A DNA stretch of 63,963 nt, counting the filler, from Platydemus manokwari (taxonomy: Eukaryota), in assembly GCA_037951405.1 (NCBI GenBank). It is 5 parts of 5 records of this genome, joined end to end, with 100 filler letters (N's around TTAATTAATTAA, not from the genome) between each part and the next. Parts side by side here need not be neighbours in the genome. Positions count along the whole stretch, not along the records: positions 1 to 15,389 come from JBBMOY011293650.1; positions 15,490 to 27,745 come from JBBMOY010223340.1; 3 more parts are not named here. One strand, 5' to 3'. Shown one piece after another: positions 13,023 through 25,628 of the stretch (position 1 is the first letter of the stretch; every line of letters begins with the position of its first letter). The notes under the pieces are model-generated. The model was not told the origin of the DNA, searched no databases, and saw only the letters and a list, made by a program, of their open reading frames with translations. A program made the translations under genes and the position numbers.

Positions 13023-13634
13023 CGATTGTTTAATTTGATTGTTTTATCTGTTCGTTGTGGAATGGAAAAATTTCGAAAAAACTTTGAAAAAAAATATTGA
13101 AAAATGGAAGAAATCCGGAAAAATTACAACGAAATACTGAATTATATCGTCACGTGATTCACATCAATTACGTCTTTCGTCAATTCCAAACACATGCCTG
13201 AATCTGTTGGTAGAAAATTAATAGACTGGAATATAATTGCATGTCACAACAAATGACCACGTGCGACAACAAACTGACCATGTGCACTTGGACTATAAAT
13301 ATTTTCTTAAGCAATACAATCAAATATTGAAGTTGATTTTTTTTGTTGTCTCAGAATGTATTTATCACATGGGATTGTGTTTGTTTACGATTGATATGGT
13401 GGGTATTTTATCTGAAATAAATTGAAAATCAATTCTGGTGATATAATGTTTCAAGATCAGGTTTTTGTGGTCACGAGGTGAAATTAAAATAGTGTTAAGG
13501 TTCAATAGTTTATGTTTATTTTGGATAGCAATTGTGTTGTTTTTATGTCACCTATTAATGATGTCACGTACATTAACGATGTTGACTTCAATGATTTCGC
13601 ATCCCACTTTAAATTATTAATCAATATTGTTAGC

Positions 13635-14147
13635 GACTAGTATTTTATAAACGATGCATCGAAAACGAACTGAAAATCCACAACAATAAAAATGTATTCA
13701 GATACACTGATTTAAACAATTTAATTTTATAAGAAATTAAATATGTAAAAATTTAATTCAATTTTAACATTCTCACATTCCCTTTCTTTAAAAATCTTTG
13801 ACTTTCTTTGTATTCTTAATTGGCATTGTATCGAACACTATATGTTTGTCTACTTAAAAATCTCTAATTCTTCTATCTAACCTCTATATCTTCTATATAT
13901 GTTATCAAAATAGTCTCAATATCTTCCTCCCTTTTCCCCATAATTTTCAGTCATTGATCTTCTTCGAATCGAATCCAAAGGCGTGGTCACCGTGTAAGTG
14001 ACTACTATTTTATAAACGATACATCGAAAACGAACTGAAAAGACACGACAATAAATTATGGATTCAAAGACAATTACTTAAACAAATTAATATAACTTTA
14101 TAAAAAATTAAATTGGTTAAAATTTAATTCAATTTTAACATTCTCAC
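13635..14147 (+). repeat. Dispersed repeat family A, about 1.4 tandem units (period about 365 bp)
   Basis: 'tattttataaacgat.catcgaaaacgaactgaaaa' at about 13641 and 14006; 'aatttaattcaattttaacattctcac' is duplicated. Confidence 0.85.
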
Positions 14148-15237
14148 GGATATTGCTGGGTCAATTATTAATAATTGATCGATAATGTGCTCTCGAATGA
14201 AAAGATGATGTCAAAAAAGTTGATTATTTTGATTATAAGGTATTTGGAAAAGCACTCCATTGCGTGCCATGAGAAAATGCTAAATGAAAATGAAGTCAAA
14301 ATTATATTATCTTTTACCTTTGTTGATCTTATTTCTAATATTCAAACATGTTGTCAGAGTCTCAGATTAGAGACGAAGAGATTGGAAAAAAATTATAAAA
14401 TCAAAATTTTATTCATTAAAACAATTTAGCCCAGTTTTGGGTGATCTGTTAATGTTATTCTCACATCCAAAGTCTTAATATTATGCACACTGTAAGTCTC
14501 GATAAAGTTTGATAAATAATAGATTCTATAATTTGAATATTAAAAATATGGGGTTAAAAAATAATAGTTAAAAATAATTTACTGAGATATCTGATAATAA
14601 AATTACTGTAAAGTCTTAAACGTAAGCTGCAGATTATTTGTGTAAATCGGTTATTTGTGAGCTGCAGCACATAATGCCATGTGTATTATGTAAGACTAAA
14701 AACCGTTTAATTTCTAGTATGAAATCATGCAAATATTAAAACAAAAAACCCAATGTTCTTTGATTTTGATTCATTGCTTTGATAACAGGTTATTTCACGA
14801 TTCACCAATCACAATTTTGTTGATAGCATATCGTCAAGTAATTTCTCCTGCATTTATTATTTGACCAGGAAAAACATAAGAATAAAATCATTCACTAATA
14901 TTAAAAAACAAAATTAAAAGAATTAAAAAATCATGCTCTCATATTAAATTATAAAAATTGGAATAAATAGACCGGCATTGGCAGGTAAAACTACAACATC
15001 GAAACATGGTTAATAAGATAGTAGCAGAAGCTTAAGAACGGATTTTGGAAAAGAAATAAAATGAAGACAAATTCAGAAGAACTGATACTGATACTGGAAA
15101 AATTGTGAACAGGGAAAACTGTTTCATTTTAATGACTATTTTAGCCACCCAGGAGATAAGTCCCTCTGAAGGTGAATATCCTAAATTCTATACAAAAAAG
15201 TATTGAAAAATCATATGAGAGTCACTATAGTTTGTGC

Positions 15238-15308
<71 letters not shown>
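15238..15308. repeat. (AAT)n microsatellite
   Basis: Perfect trinucleotide run near the contig end. Confidence 0.95.
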
Positions 15309-15312
<4 letters not shown>

Positions 15313-15389
15313 CATCATTACACTAACTCCAAAATTATCATTGTGCACATAAAATAACCTTGGAGAAATATGGTTTGATATTCTCTAAA

Positions 15390-15489
15390 NNNNNNNNNNN
15401 NNNNNNNNNNNNNNNNNNNNNNNNNNNNNNNNNTTAATTAATTAANNNNNNNNNNNNNNNNNNNNNNNNNNNNNNNNNNNNNNNNNNNN
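15390..15489. other. Artificial contig-join spacer
   Basis: 44 N + TTAATTAATTAA (stop codons in all six frames) + 44 N; identical in four places. Confidence 0.97.
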
Positions 15490-16041
15490 GTTAATTCATG
15501 TAATCGTTTAAATATTATTAAAAAAGAGATTATTCCAATGATTGAGCTAGCAGGAGCATAAACATATTTTTTGATATTATATGTTTTATACATTCATAAT
15601 CAATTTGTTTTTGGTCAACTAACATCTGAGGGATGCTATAATGTCTCAGTTTTTCGTAGTTTTTGTTATTATAAATATACTTTCAAATGAAAATATATTA
15701 GTTGAATTTATAATTCTAATAGTAGTCTGTTGAAAATGTTCATCTTATTTGAATTTTTTAAACTTTCAGCTTGAAACATATAGATTTCTAAATATATTAT
15801 TTTAAATTATTTCAATAAAATTTATCATATTAATAATTAACACTTGTAAAGTTTATTTGTTTTTTTAAATTCATTCCAATAAACCAATGAACATGATTAA
15901 ATCATATTTACAAATAAACTGTGTTGAAAATTATCTCAGAATATGTTATCAAATCAGCTAATGTAATTGTGACAAATCTTATTAAGAGTCTATTTTAATT
16001 TTAATCATTGTTACTTGTCATATTTATTTTTATTAATATAG

Positions 16042-16359
16042 GATGACGCGGTCCGTGAGAGTCTTAAAAACGTTCTTCTCGTTATGTACACTGGGACACA
16101 AGATCGTGCAATATTAATTAAAAGCGACAATGAATCAGGACAGTTATTAAAACTAACTTGTGATAGATTATCCACTTTTCTACCTGATCTTGCTGAAGAA
16201 TTGTTCTCAGAACAGATACCTGAAATTCCGAGAACTCATGAAGTTCATAATGAAATTACTAATACTATTGATCATCACAATCAAATAACTGATTTACCAG
16301 AATCTATTAAAGATCATTCAAATGAACAGGTATCTGAAAACTGTGAGTTGAAACAGTGA
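16042..16359 (+). CDS. GBF1: Terminal exon of Golgi brefeldin A-resistance GEF 1 (Arf-GEF)
   Basis: After an AG acceptor: DDAVRESLKNVLLVMYTG...LLKLTCDRLSTFLPDLAEELF, matching the GBF1 C-terminal 'EAIPESLKNMLLVM...LWEITWERI..FLP.L..ELF'. The rest of the gene lies beyond the contig edge. Confidence 0.8.
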   Translation, partial: DDAVRESLKNVLLVMYTGTQDRAILIKSDNESGQLLKLTCDRLSTFLPDLAEELFSEQIPEIPRTHEVHNEITNTIDHHNQITDLPESIKDHSNEQVSENCELKQ

Positions 16360-17969
16360 TCAATTATGGTGACATTGGATCTATTATAGAAATTATTGCG
16401 ACGTATGTAATATTGTTCTGAATTTTTCAATTTTGGTTTTTTGATCTTTGTGAACTATGCACATTTGTATCGTCATGTCGGTAAAAGAATAAATGTTGAT
16501 ACTATTTCCTGTATAACGGCTTACACTACATTCTCGTCGGTGTTTTATTAGGATATAGTATATATAAAAATTTTTTATACATCATATATTATATACATTT
16601 GTATATTGTGAATAAAACTACTCGGAGTATACCAAACAAATATTTTGGTAGTTCATTCCGCTACTTTATCGTCTTCAAAGTTTCAAGTTTATTCAATTGA
16701 ATTTTTTACATTTCATATTTTCTTGTGTTATTAATTCTTTAATATAACAAGAAAAGTAGTTTTATTATTTGAAAAGTTAACGTTTTGGATCTAAAATAAT
16801 TGCAAAACAATCTTAAGAATCCGTAAAGTAATTTTCATACAAAAAAATTTCCCATATATCTTTAAATCTCGAGAGTTCTAAAATTGAAATTTTGCCGAAT
16901 AAAGATTATTATATGTATATTATGATTATCTTTTAATAATTTGATTTTAAATTTAGAATTATTAAATCATGGATTTCTTTATGAATCTTTCGTAAAATAA
17001 GCTTGTTGAAGAAGCTTAAATCAATTTTATCAGTTTTGTATTATGATTAATGGCAAATAATGTAAATATTTCCTAAATTTGATAATTTCGGTCATTAAGC
17101 TTTTTAAATGACTAAAGTAATTAATTTTACTCATCTTTACATTTAACTTCTAAATTACAAATCATAATTATTAATAATCCAATAAATTTAACCAATGTTT
17201 AAGAATTTTTTGTTTGCTAATTAAAAACGTCACATTGAATCATCTATTTTCATATTTCTATAAGTGACATTTGAAATCCATATTTAGTAAAAAATTCTAC
17301 TTCTACTTATGAGATCTGAATATGGAGTTAAATTATCCCTGAGTTTTTCAGTTTAAATAACTTAGGCAGTTGAGTTCAGAATTCGTTAGTGTAATAAAAA
17401 TATGTCAAACTTACCTTCAATATCAGGAAAAAGTGAACTTTTCAAAGAAATTTGCAAATATCTAAATAATTACGATTTATTAAAATGAATTCAAACGAAG
17501 TTAAAATTATAGGTTCTAGTTTGACGAGAAAGTGTTGTTTTTCTAACGAAAATATAATAAAATTAATCTTATTCTACCTAATTTCAACATAATTATTGAA
17601 TTTAAGATTTAGTGAAAAAAATATTAGAAATTGATTAATTATAAAATATATCGTTTCATTTCATTATTAAATTAATTTTGAATACATTTTATTTTCTTGA
17701 AAACTAAAAAATGGATTGATAAGTTTGTCCTAATTAAATTTTTGACAAATTATCTGAAATTAATTACAAAATGCATCTATAATAATGAAGTCAAATAGTG
17801 ATAATACTGCTTATTCTGTACATAATTATCTCAACCGTCATATTAACAGTTATTAACAATATTAACAAGTCAATCGCTATGGCCTAATAATGAAATAATT
17901 AGGAGTGTATTATTCTAAATATAAGGAAAGTAAATATCAAATTTTGCAGCTACTTATACTACTACAATT

Positions 17970-18650
17970 TCAATCCCAAACAGCTGATTTAATAGATTTA
18001 CTGGTCTGTGAATTAATTGATCCTTGAGTTGATCCACGAACAGCTTCAGCGTATGTTCTAGAAAAATTGTTTCCACTATCATAATTAAAATCATTTAAAA
18101 CGCTATTTCGAGTAAATCCTTTGATGCCGATTGATTTTGCACTGACAATAGCAAACTTTCTTGGACTCGTTTGTATTTCTACTGAAGATGATTCCGATTT
18201 CATTGCTGGGGATGAAACAATATTAATTTTGTCTGTTTTAACTGATGTTTCTGAATCTGATTTTGAAAGACATTTCGAATTTTCAGTACTTATTGGAGGT
18301 ATTGTTAATTTCTTCCTGCACACATCTTCAGAATCCCAAAGATCTCTGATACATTTTTTCTGCAATCGACTGGTAGTTCTCATAAAATCAGGATCATTTT
18401 CAGAACTAACTATTAGCGAAAATGGATTCGATCTCCAAAAACTGTTCTCTTCTAAAAATTTTACAGTTTTGAATATCTTTTCGTTAGTGGGAATATTTCG
18501 ATTCTTACTTCTTATGATTGCATCATAAACAGTGGCTTCTGAATGTATTCTAGCTATAACTCGATCTAGCAAATCTGGATTTTCTTGCCAGACGCTTTTT
18601 GTTTTAGATTTCCAGCAAAAGTTTTCTTTCAATTCTGCAATTTTATTCAT
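17970..18650 (-). CDS. Uncharacterised 226-aa protein (intronless ORF)
   Basis: Longest ORF in the window, with ATG and stop, in very AT-rich flanks. N-terminal half looks structured; C-terminal half is Ser-rich. No family recognised. Confidence 0.6.
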   Translation of the reverse strand: MNKIAELKENFCWKSKTKSVWQENPDLLDRVIARIHSEATVYDAIIRSKNRNIPTNEKIFKTVKFLEENSFWRSNPFSLIVSSENDPDFMRTTSRLQKKCIRDLWDSEDVCRKKLTIPPISTENSKCLSKSDSETSVKTDKINIVSSPAMKSESSSVEIQTSPRKFAIVSAKSIGIKGFTRNSVLNDFNYDSGNNFSRTYAEAVRGSTQGSINSQTSKSIKSAVWD

Positions 18651-19023
18651 GAAAGTTTGTTCATATATATTCGAATAAAATGCAGTTTTATATAACAGCT
18701 GATTGTAAAATTTAAATAATAATAATGATTTAATATATGAATTAGTATCAATATTGAAACTTTTTAATTCATATTTAATTAAAAATATTCATAATAAATC
18801 AATTTCTAATTTTAATTTGAAAGCGACTTAGAAAAATTACTGATTAAATCCTTCCAATCGTTGGTTATTTTACTAATTTCGACTAATTGACTTATTTTTT
18901 TTACCAAATCATCATTTGATTTACAATCGTATGACCAAAGTCGAATTAAGTATTTAAGATCTAGTATTTAAGTATCCAGTATTCAAGATAAATCAATTTA
19001 AAATTTATTCAGTTGGGTGAATC

Positions 19024-19701
19024 ATGAAGTTGTTCTTATTATCTATAATCTTGATGGTGCTTATTTCAATTTGTTTCAGTTCAAGGTAAAATTTATGTCC
19101 TATTTTGCTGCTCTGTGATTATTGCTTTGATTTTAAGTCCAATGATTGAATTGATTGCAAAACCTTATTAAAAAAGTTTAATAATCCCCAGAAGTAAAGT
19201 TATTCTCACAAAATCTTATCTAAAATAAGCTTAAGATAAGTGTGCTTATATATATATATATATATATATCAATTTTTAAGGAATGATATTCCAGATGAAA
19301 TTGATATACTACATTGTAAAAATGGTACAGCTCATTGCATGTTCGGGCGATGTACTCATGTTAAGTTCAAATGGAAATATGAGGAAGAAGATATATTTGA
19401 TTGTGAATGTGATAAAAATTATTATGGATCAGCCTGCAATAAAAAACATTTATCGTTTATCGACAGACTGAAAATCCGATCAACGACAGAAGATGGTGAA
19501 TCAGATGAAGATGTTCAAGATCAAGAATTTGATGATTTCAAAAGATTCAAAAGGTCTCTAGACGATCCAACCGATCAAGAACATTGGCATGATGAGGACG
19601 GTGAAGTTCATTACAAAGGGGATGGTCATAGTCATTCCCATTCTGAGAAATATCAACATCATGAGGAATATGAGGATGATATAGAGATACCTGAAGACTA
19701 A
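19024..19701 (+). CDS. Secreted EGF-like-domain precursor with a furin-type site and a His/Asp/Glu-rich C-terminal peptide
   Basis: Exon 1 19024-19085 (signal peptide MKLFLLSIILMVLISICFSS), phase-2 GT-AG intron, exon 2 19281-19701. Exon 2 has C-x6-C-x4-C-x16-C-x-C-x8-C (YYGSAC), then KRFKR and a His/acidic tail. Confidence 0.85.
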
Positions 19702-21591
19702 TGTACTGAATTTAGAAATTTCAATAACTAATTTAGATGATTGTTGATGTCATAACAAGCAAAAAATAAACAAATGTTTTTCATCTAATAATATAAAATT
19801 TCATTTATTATATTTTTTTAATTGTAATTAAATTACTTAATTTAAATAAAATTGGCTCCGTGGTCCTGATCACTTTAACAAATATCAATATTTAATAAGT
19901 TAAATAAAATAATAAATTAATTTAGAACACTTACCTTTCCAAAACTTTATTGATAACCAAAAAAATTTAATTCCATGGCTTTCTCGAGTTTCAATTTCGA
20001 TTTTTTTTTTAAATTTAATCTTAACAAACCTATACTTTCTTAATTGATATTCTAGTCATTTTTTAAATGAAAAGTGCAAATAAAAGTTTTCTAATATTTT
20101 ATGGATATGACGACAATATAACTCATGATTGATTAAAAGCAAAAGGCTATTAATATTATCCTTTTTTCAATTTAAATTAGATTTGATAAAAATAAAATTA
20201 TATTTGAAAATAAGTTATTATTTTGTATTATTCATTTCAATGAATTATTCATCAATATATAGAGTACTTTAATTTCTAAATAATATACCCACGATGTCGT
20301 CAATCATATTGATATTGTATTTACACGTAGTTTAAATAATAATGATTACCGACAAATAATAGCATGTCAATAATCAACATTAGGCCTTGTAATTTTATTG
20401 TAAAATACTGCGTAAATTTTAACATTTTCAAGTAGTGATGGTACAAATATTAGAGAAATATAATAAAATTATATTAAATTGACAAATTAATTGATATTAA
20501 TGACGTTGAAAATAAAATATTGGCCAAATTACGTTGCACTTATTTGATTAATAAAATATATTTGTTTTTAGTTGAATAAACAATTTGCTTTTTCTTATAT
20601 TAATTGTACTTTTATATTCAAGTCGAGTAGCTAAATATCTAATAATTAATGTGTAAACAAAACAGGGTAACTTACATTTTGAATAACTCGTTAAACTATC
20701 TTATGAAACCACAACTTTTAAATGCGAAAAATAAAGAAAGATGCTAGTGTTTATCTTATCAGACAAATAATTTATCAGTGTCCAAGATAACTCTGCCCAT
20801 CAAAAAATTATACTCCACTGATTTTTCGCTCAAAGCGTACACTGGATTAGGCAATTAAATTTTTTATATTATATGGTTGTGATTAAGTAACAGCATTATG
20901 CATATCAGCTTGATACTATATACGGTATATACACACGATTTGTCGGACCTATTAATTTGCGTTATGTGACGATTCCATACTTTCTCATGAGTTACACTGC
21001 TTCTAATTTCAGTTTGGATTTATATAGCTTGTGACGACAGATACTCCACTTTGACGTCATATGAACTTTGGACTGGATACCAATCAAACATAAAATCGAC
21101 TTGTATTAAGGATTCCAAAACTATTATAATGCAAACATTTTGTAATCTGATTTATGGTGTTTTCTTTTTTCATAAGTAGGTTTGGATTTGAAGATTATTA
21201 ACAATTTGAAAAGGATCTATAGAAGAAAATAATCTGACAATTATTGTGTATTGATGTATAAAAGTATTTGATAAATTTTATGTAACAATTTGGTGTACAA
21301 GGTTATTAATTATTATTAAGTAAAATTTGTAATATTTTATTTTCATGTATTCACAAATTTTATAAAATAATTTTATTTATTCCAGGAAGAAAGTACGATT
21401 AAAATATATTAAATCCATTAGAAAAATTTACCAATTAAAACAAACATAAATTCCAGCAGCAGAAATTGTAAGAACAAAAACAAAAGCATAAATCAATATT
21501 TTTATGTTTCTGAAACTTTGCAATTATTTCATAATAACAAAAAACAATATCCTTATATTTCATGTAGAAACATAAACTTAATTTTACATTT

Positions 21592-22149
21592 TGTTGGGTT
21601 ATTACACAACAATTTGAATCTACAAAGTTATATTAACCAAAATAATACACTCAAAATCTTAATGATAACAATAACAATTATTTATTCTATTCACAAAGAA
21701 AATCACTCAAGATGGGATCAGCGCCCGAAAGTCAAACACAGAATAAAGAGTAACCAAAAAGACTGATTACTGAAATCACACATAAGCTAAGCACAAAAGT
21801 TACCGACCAAAAAGGCTAGCCAAAATCCATGAAATCCAGCCCCTTTTATAGGCCCATAGGATGCGTCTGCTTGATGTCAGGGATCTTCTTTTTCAATTCG
21901 CTAAATTTGTTTGTGAATTGATTTACTTGAGATTTTCCTTATCTCTATTATGTCATTGGCGGATATTTGAGCTTGCTGCCTTTTGTAGGCATGTGCCTTT
22001 CGATTCTTAGCTTTTAAATATGGATTAATATTAGAACGAATTTGATTGGTTAACAGCACGTGTGTTTATCGGGTTTGTGTATATTGACCCTTTTTAGGGT
22101 TTTCCTTGGTTCTTGGAACCTCTCGGACTAATTTGTGACATACCCAACA
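21592..22149 (-). mobile_element. Solo LTR (558 bp)
   Basis: TGTTGGGT...ACCCAACA termini (about 18-bp imperfect inverted repeat) and a 4-bp flanking duplication ATTT/ATTT. The minus strand has TATAAAAGG near 21845 and AATAAA near 21683. Confidence 0.75.
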
Positions 22150-22368
22150 ATTTTTAGATCAGAAAAAATTAGTCAGAAGATTGGGTTTGTTATTTTTTGT
22201 TAATATGTCCTATTCTTATAGATTTTACCACAAATTCTCGATGAACTACGTGATAACGCAATAAATTTTTACAACTTAAACTTTACAAAATAAACTCTTC
22301 ACATTAAAATATGTCTTTCAATAGTCAAGAAATAAGTTCATGTAACAATATCTGTCATTATTAATTAT

Positions 22369-23230
22369 TGTGAAAACTTGATTTCTCAGAAAAAATAAAA
22401 TAATCCCTGTGTAAAACAATCATTTTATTTATATAAAATTAAAAACAATAAAAAATAATAAACAATAAATATATAAACACAAATAGTCATGACATTTCAT
22501 AAATTACAACGCTAATCTAACATGTTAATATGGTAACTGGATAATGAAAATAAATAAATAGCAAATCAATAAATAACCAATCAGAGGTGAATACAAACAC
22601 AAACTAACACAAAATTAGTCTAAAAGCAGAGTGAAATAGGAAATCGCATAAAAAATGTTGGCAAACAATTCTTGACCAACCAACTGGTCGTCAGACTTCA
22701 AGAACCTATGAGTAAGTTTTTATTTAATTATATTAATATATTCATATTTCCGGAGAGGAATTATTAATTAATTAATCAAGTCAGTGTTCTCGAAGGACAT
22801 TTGATTTCCTTCAAAACTACTTCAACGCTAACCTTCTTTATCCTTCAAAGTTGGGTAGCATTAGCTTCCAACTTTGGTTTTATCATCTACGGAGTAGTAA
22901 ATAGCCACTCAGAAGTAAACGCAGAGAAAAAGCTACAAAACCAATCCAAAGTCAAATTTCAATAACCCGTTATGGAACATAACGAGTTTAATTTTACATT
23001 TTAATTTATACTTTTGTTACGTTCGGACCTTATTGATTTTATTGTTTAACTAAGCTTAATTCTATTTGATACCTCTACCGTCTTAATCAGTTTCTATGAG
23101 CTCTTGATTAAGGCCATATGTGTAATATACCTTATGTTGATGTTTCTTCCCCTTGCACAGCCTTATTTTGTGAAGACAATAGGTGTGGAAGTAGCGTTAT
23201 ATTTTACTTAACCTAACTATCAGTCTCACA
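22369..23230. mobile_element. Possible second solo LTR
   Basis: TGTGAAAAC...AGTCTCACA termini and LTR-like composition; target-site duplication not convincing. Confidence 0.3.
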
Positions 23231-25507
23231 TTTTATACAACTATAATTATTTAAAACAATTATCTATATTAACACCAATGAGTACCAATTTTACAATTCC
23301 TACATGAATAATAACCAAGATTTATTATTACAAATATTTATTAACAATTAACATCAATACAAAACTGGTTAACAATAACAACATGAAATTACAGTGGATT
23401 TTAAAACTACACTACACATCAAATTATACTTATAAATTATACTTCCAGAAAACGAACCGTAACTATCTCCAACTCAATGAGTAATACCTTTACCTTCAAG
23501 ATCTTTGAGAAAAAACTCTATAATAGGAAATACAAGATACAGTATATAATATAGATCAGTATTTTACGGGTATGGTCTTACTTTGGGTCCTCCAGCAAAT
23601 GCCGGGCAAATACAGGAATTTGGTAAACTGCACCAGATGATCTCCTTCGTTGCGTCAAATGGAAACTTGAATGGTGTGTCTTCTTAAACTAATGCACCCT
23701 ATAACGTCGTCTGTGGTATTACGGGCAGCGAGAACAATGGCAGTAAATTTGTGTTAACAAATTATGGCCATGTTGATTGTTATTAATGCCTTATATAGTC
23801 AGTGTGAATCAATCGCAGATATTTTCTGCGATTAAATCTAATCCCAATGATTTATTATTTTATCGATAGAATTTATTCACTGGTGAGGGAAATTCTCTCT
23901 GAATAAATTTATTAGACAGAAAAATATCTCTCTATTATTTTATTCTGTGACATGATTTTCATGTGCAAAAATACATGACAATTTATTTGTCGCTGTTAAT
24001 GCGCGATATCTTATTGCGTGTTAATATTTTATAAATTAATTTACTGTTTTAGGGAATTTCGACGGATTTGCTATTGGTGATTTTATTGGTATTATTATTT
24101 TACGTATATATAAATAATAATAATTATTAAAAATATCAATATTTCGAACAGGTTTTTTGACTAAAATTCAAGAGTTATAAAAACATAAAAATACATGCTG
24201 ATTAAATAAAAATTGATGCAATAAAAATTAATGGATATTTCATACGTATTGTCATGCAAATGTATACACATATTTTTTCCGGTGTGAATTAATTGTTGTA
24301 AGTGACTTGTTGGGCCAGAACCCCAACACTTTATTTATTCTTTCGGGTAATAATGTTCTATTCAAGTTTTTTTTTATTTTAGAAATATAACAACGGTATA
24401 TATTAAATTGTGCAATTGACAATAATATTGATTCAATGATAAATCATGGACTGAAACGTTGGAGAACCATAGACCGGCTGGTGAGAAGAGCGAAGACGAG
24501 AGGACTCCCATCACCATCACCTCATATAGTGCATGGAATAGCAAGCCTAGGTAATCACAATCTCAAAAAACTTCCCAAAATATCCAAATACAAATCAAAT
24601 ACCCCCCCCCAAATTAAACTCACCCCAACTAGAATTTAAAAGGCCGATGACACCAATAGAAACTAACTGACAATGGAAAATATTAGGAAAGAAGAGCTGG
24701 AGCAGAGATTCAGACGCTTAAGGGTCAGTGAAGATTCATGATACTGCTTGAGTCTGACTGTTCAACAATATTCATTTATTAGATCCCAATCCCAATATAC
24801 AAATCCTGAACAATTAATTGATTTTACATTCTTGTGAATATTTGATATTCTTGACATTTCATCTTGACTCTTTTTATTATGATTTATTGGTTATGTTTTT
24901 TTTCCCACTTTTAAAAACTGATTAATTTTCGTGAGTTGTATAATCTTTGTAAATTGTATTAAAAAAATTATTATTTATAAAAATTTGGAAATAAAATAAA
25001 GTAGACAATTTTAATCAGATAAATTAATTAGAAATACAAAGAAAATTTAATTAACAATTTAAGGTTGACAAATTATATAATACAATTTTTAAGGTTAGTA
25101 TAATTTAACAGATTTTTAAGTTAGAGAACTTTTAAAATCATAAATAATACAGGATCAGAGTAAATAAAATTATAAAAATTTGTGAAAGTGATGAAAAATC
25201 CTAGATACAAAAAATCGTACTTCAGCAATTATATAAGCTGAAATATTTTCATCGAAATTCACTCTTAAAATTTTTTAGGAAGTAACTTGTAAAATTTCGG
25301 ACAGAAAATTCTAATTTGCTATCTAACAAAAGCTAACTGATGACTATACATTGAAAAAGGAAAAAATTGAAATATAAAAATCTGGTAAAAAATTTGGTAA
25401 ATTTAACTAACACAAAAAGTAAATAATAAAATCCATTTCAAAATGATCAAATCTTTTGAGATAAATTTACATTTGGGATAAATTTACGTGTAATATATGT
25501 TGTTAAT

Positions 25508-25617
25508 AGTAACGTGATTAAATAAATAAACACTTGATGTTTGTTTAAAACATTGATTGGCGCTTTAGTGTAATTTTTCAAATAAATATTATAACGGAAT
25601 GTGCTTATGACTTAACT
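25508..25617 (+). repeat. 5' LTR (110 bp, AGT...ACT termini)
   Basis: About 85% identical by eye to the solo copy at 41268-41376; immediately followed by the PBS. Confidence 0.85.
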
Positions 25618-25627
25618 GGCGACCACG
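25617..25627 (+). promoter_or_regulatory. Primer-binding site, probably tRNA-Arg
   Basis: TGGCGACCACG is complementary to a tRNA 3' end (...CGUGGUCG-CCA), as in tRNA-Arg(TCG)-type acceptor stems. It overlaps the last T of the LTR. Confidence 0.7.
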
Positions 25628-25628
25628 C

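Noticed and set aside
8090-14147. Hammerhead ribozyme (retrozyme) in repeat family A
   Set aside because: No CTGANGA...GAAA core with flanking stems was found by eye on either strand; 'CTGAAAAG' does not fit.
15434-15445. TTAATTAATTAA palindrome as a biological motif or CRISPR-like repeat
   Set aside because: Always embedded symmetrically in N runs; it is a synthetic assembly linker.
18121-18528. 135-aa plus-strand ORF
   Set aside because: Antisense shadow of the longer 17970-18650 ORF.
20950-21090. Possible gypsy integrase C-terminal scrap on the minus strand (SYDVKV...KVWNRHITQI)
   Set aside because: Too short and degenerate to annotate with confidence.
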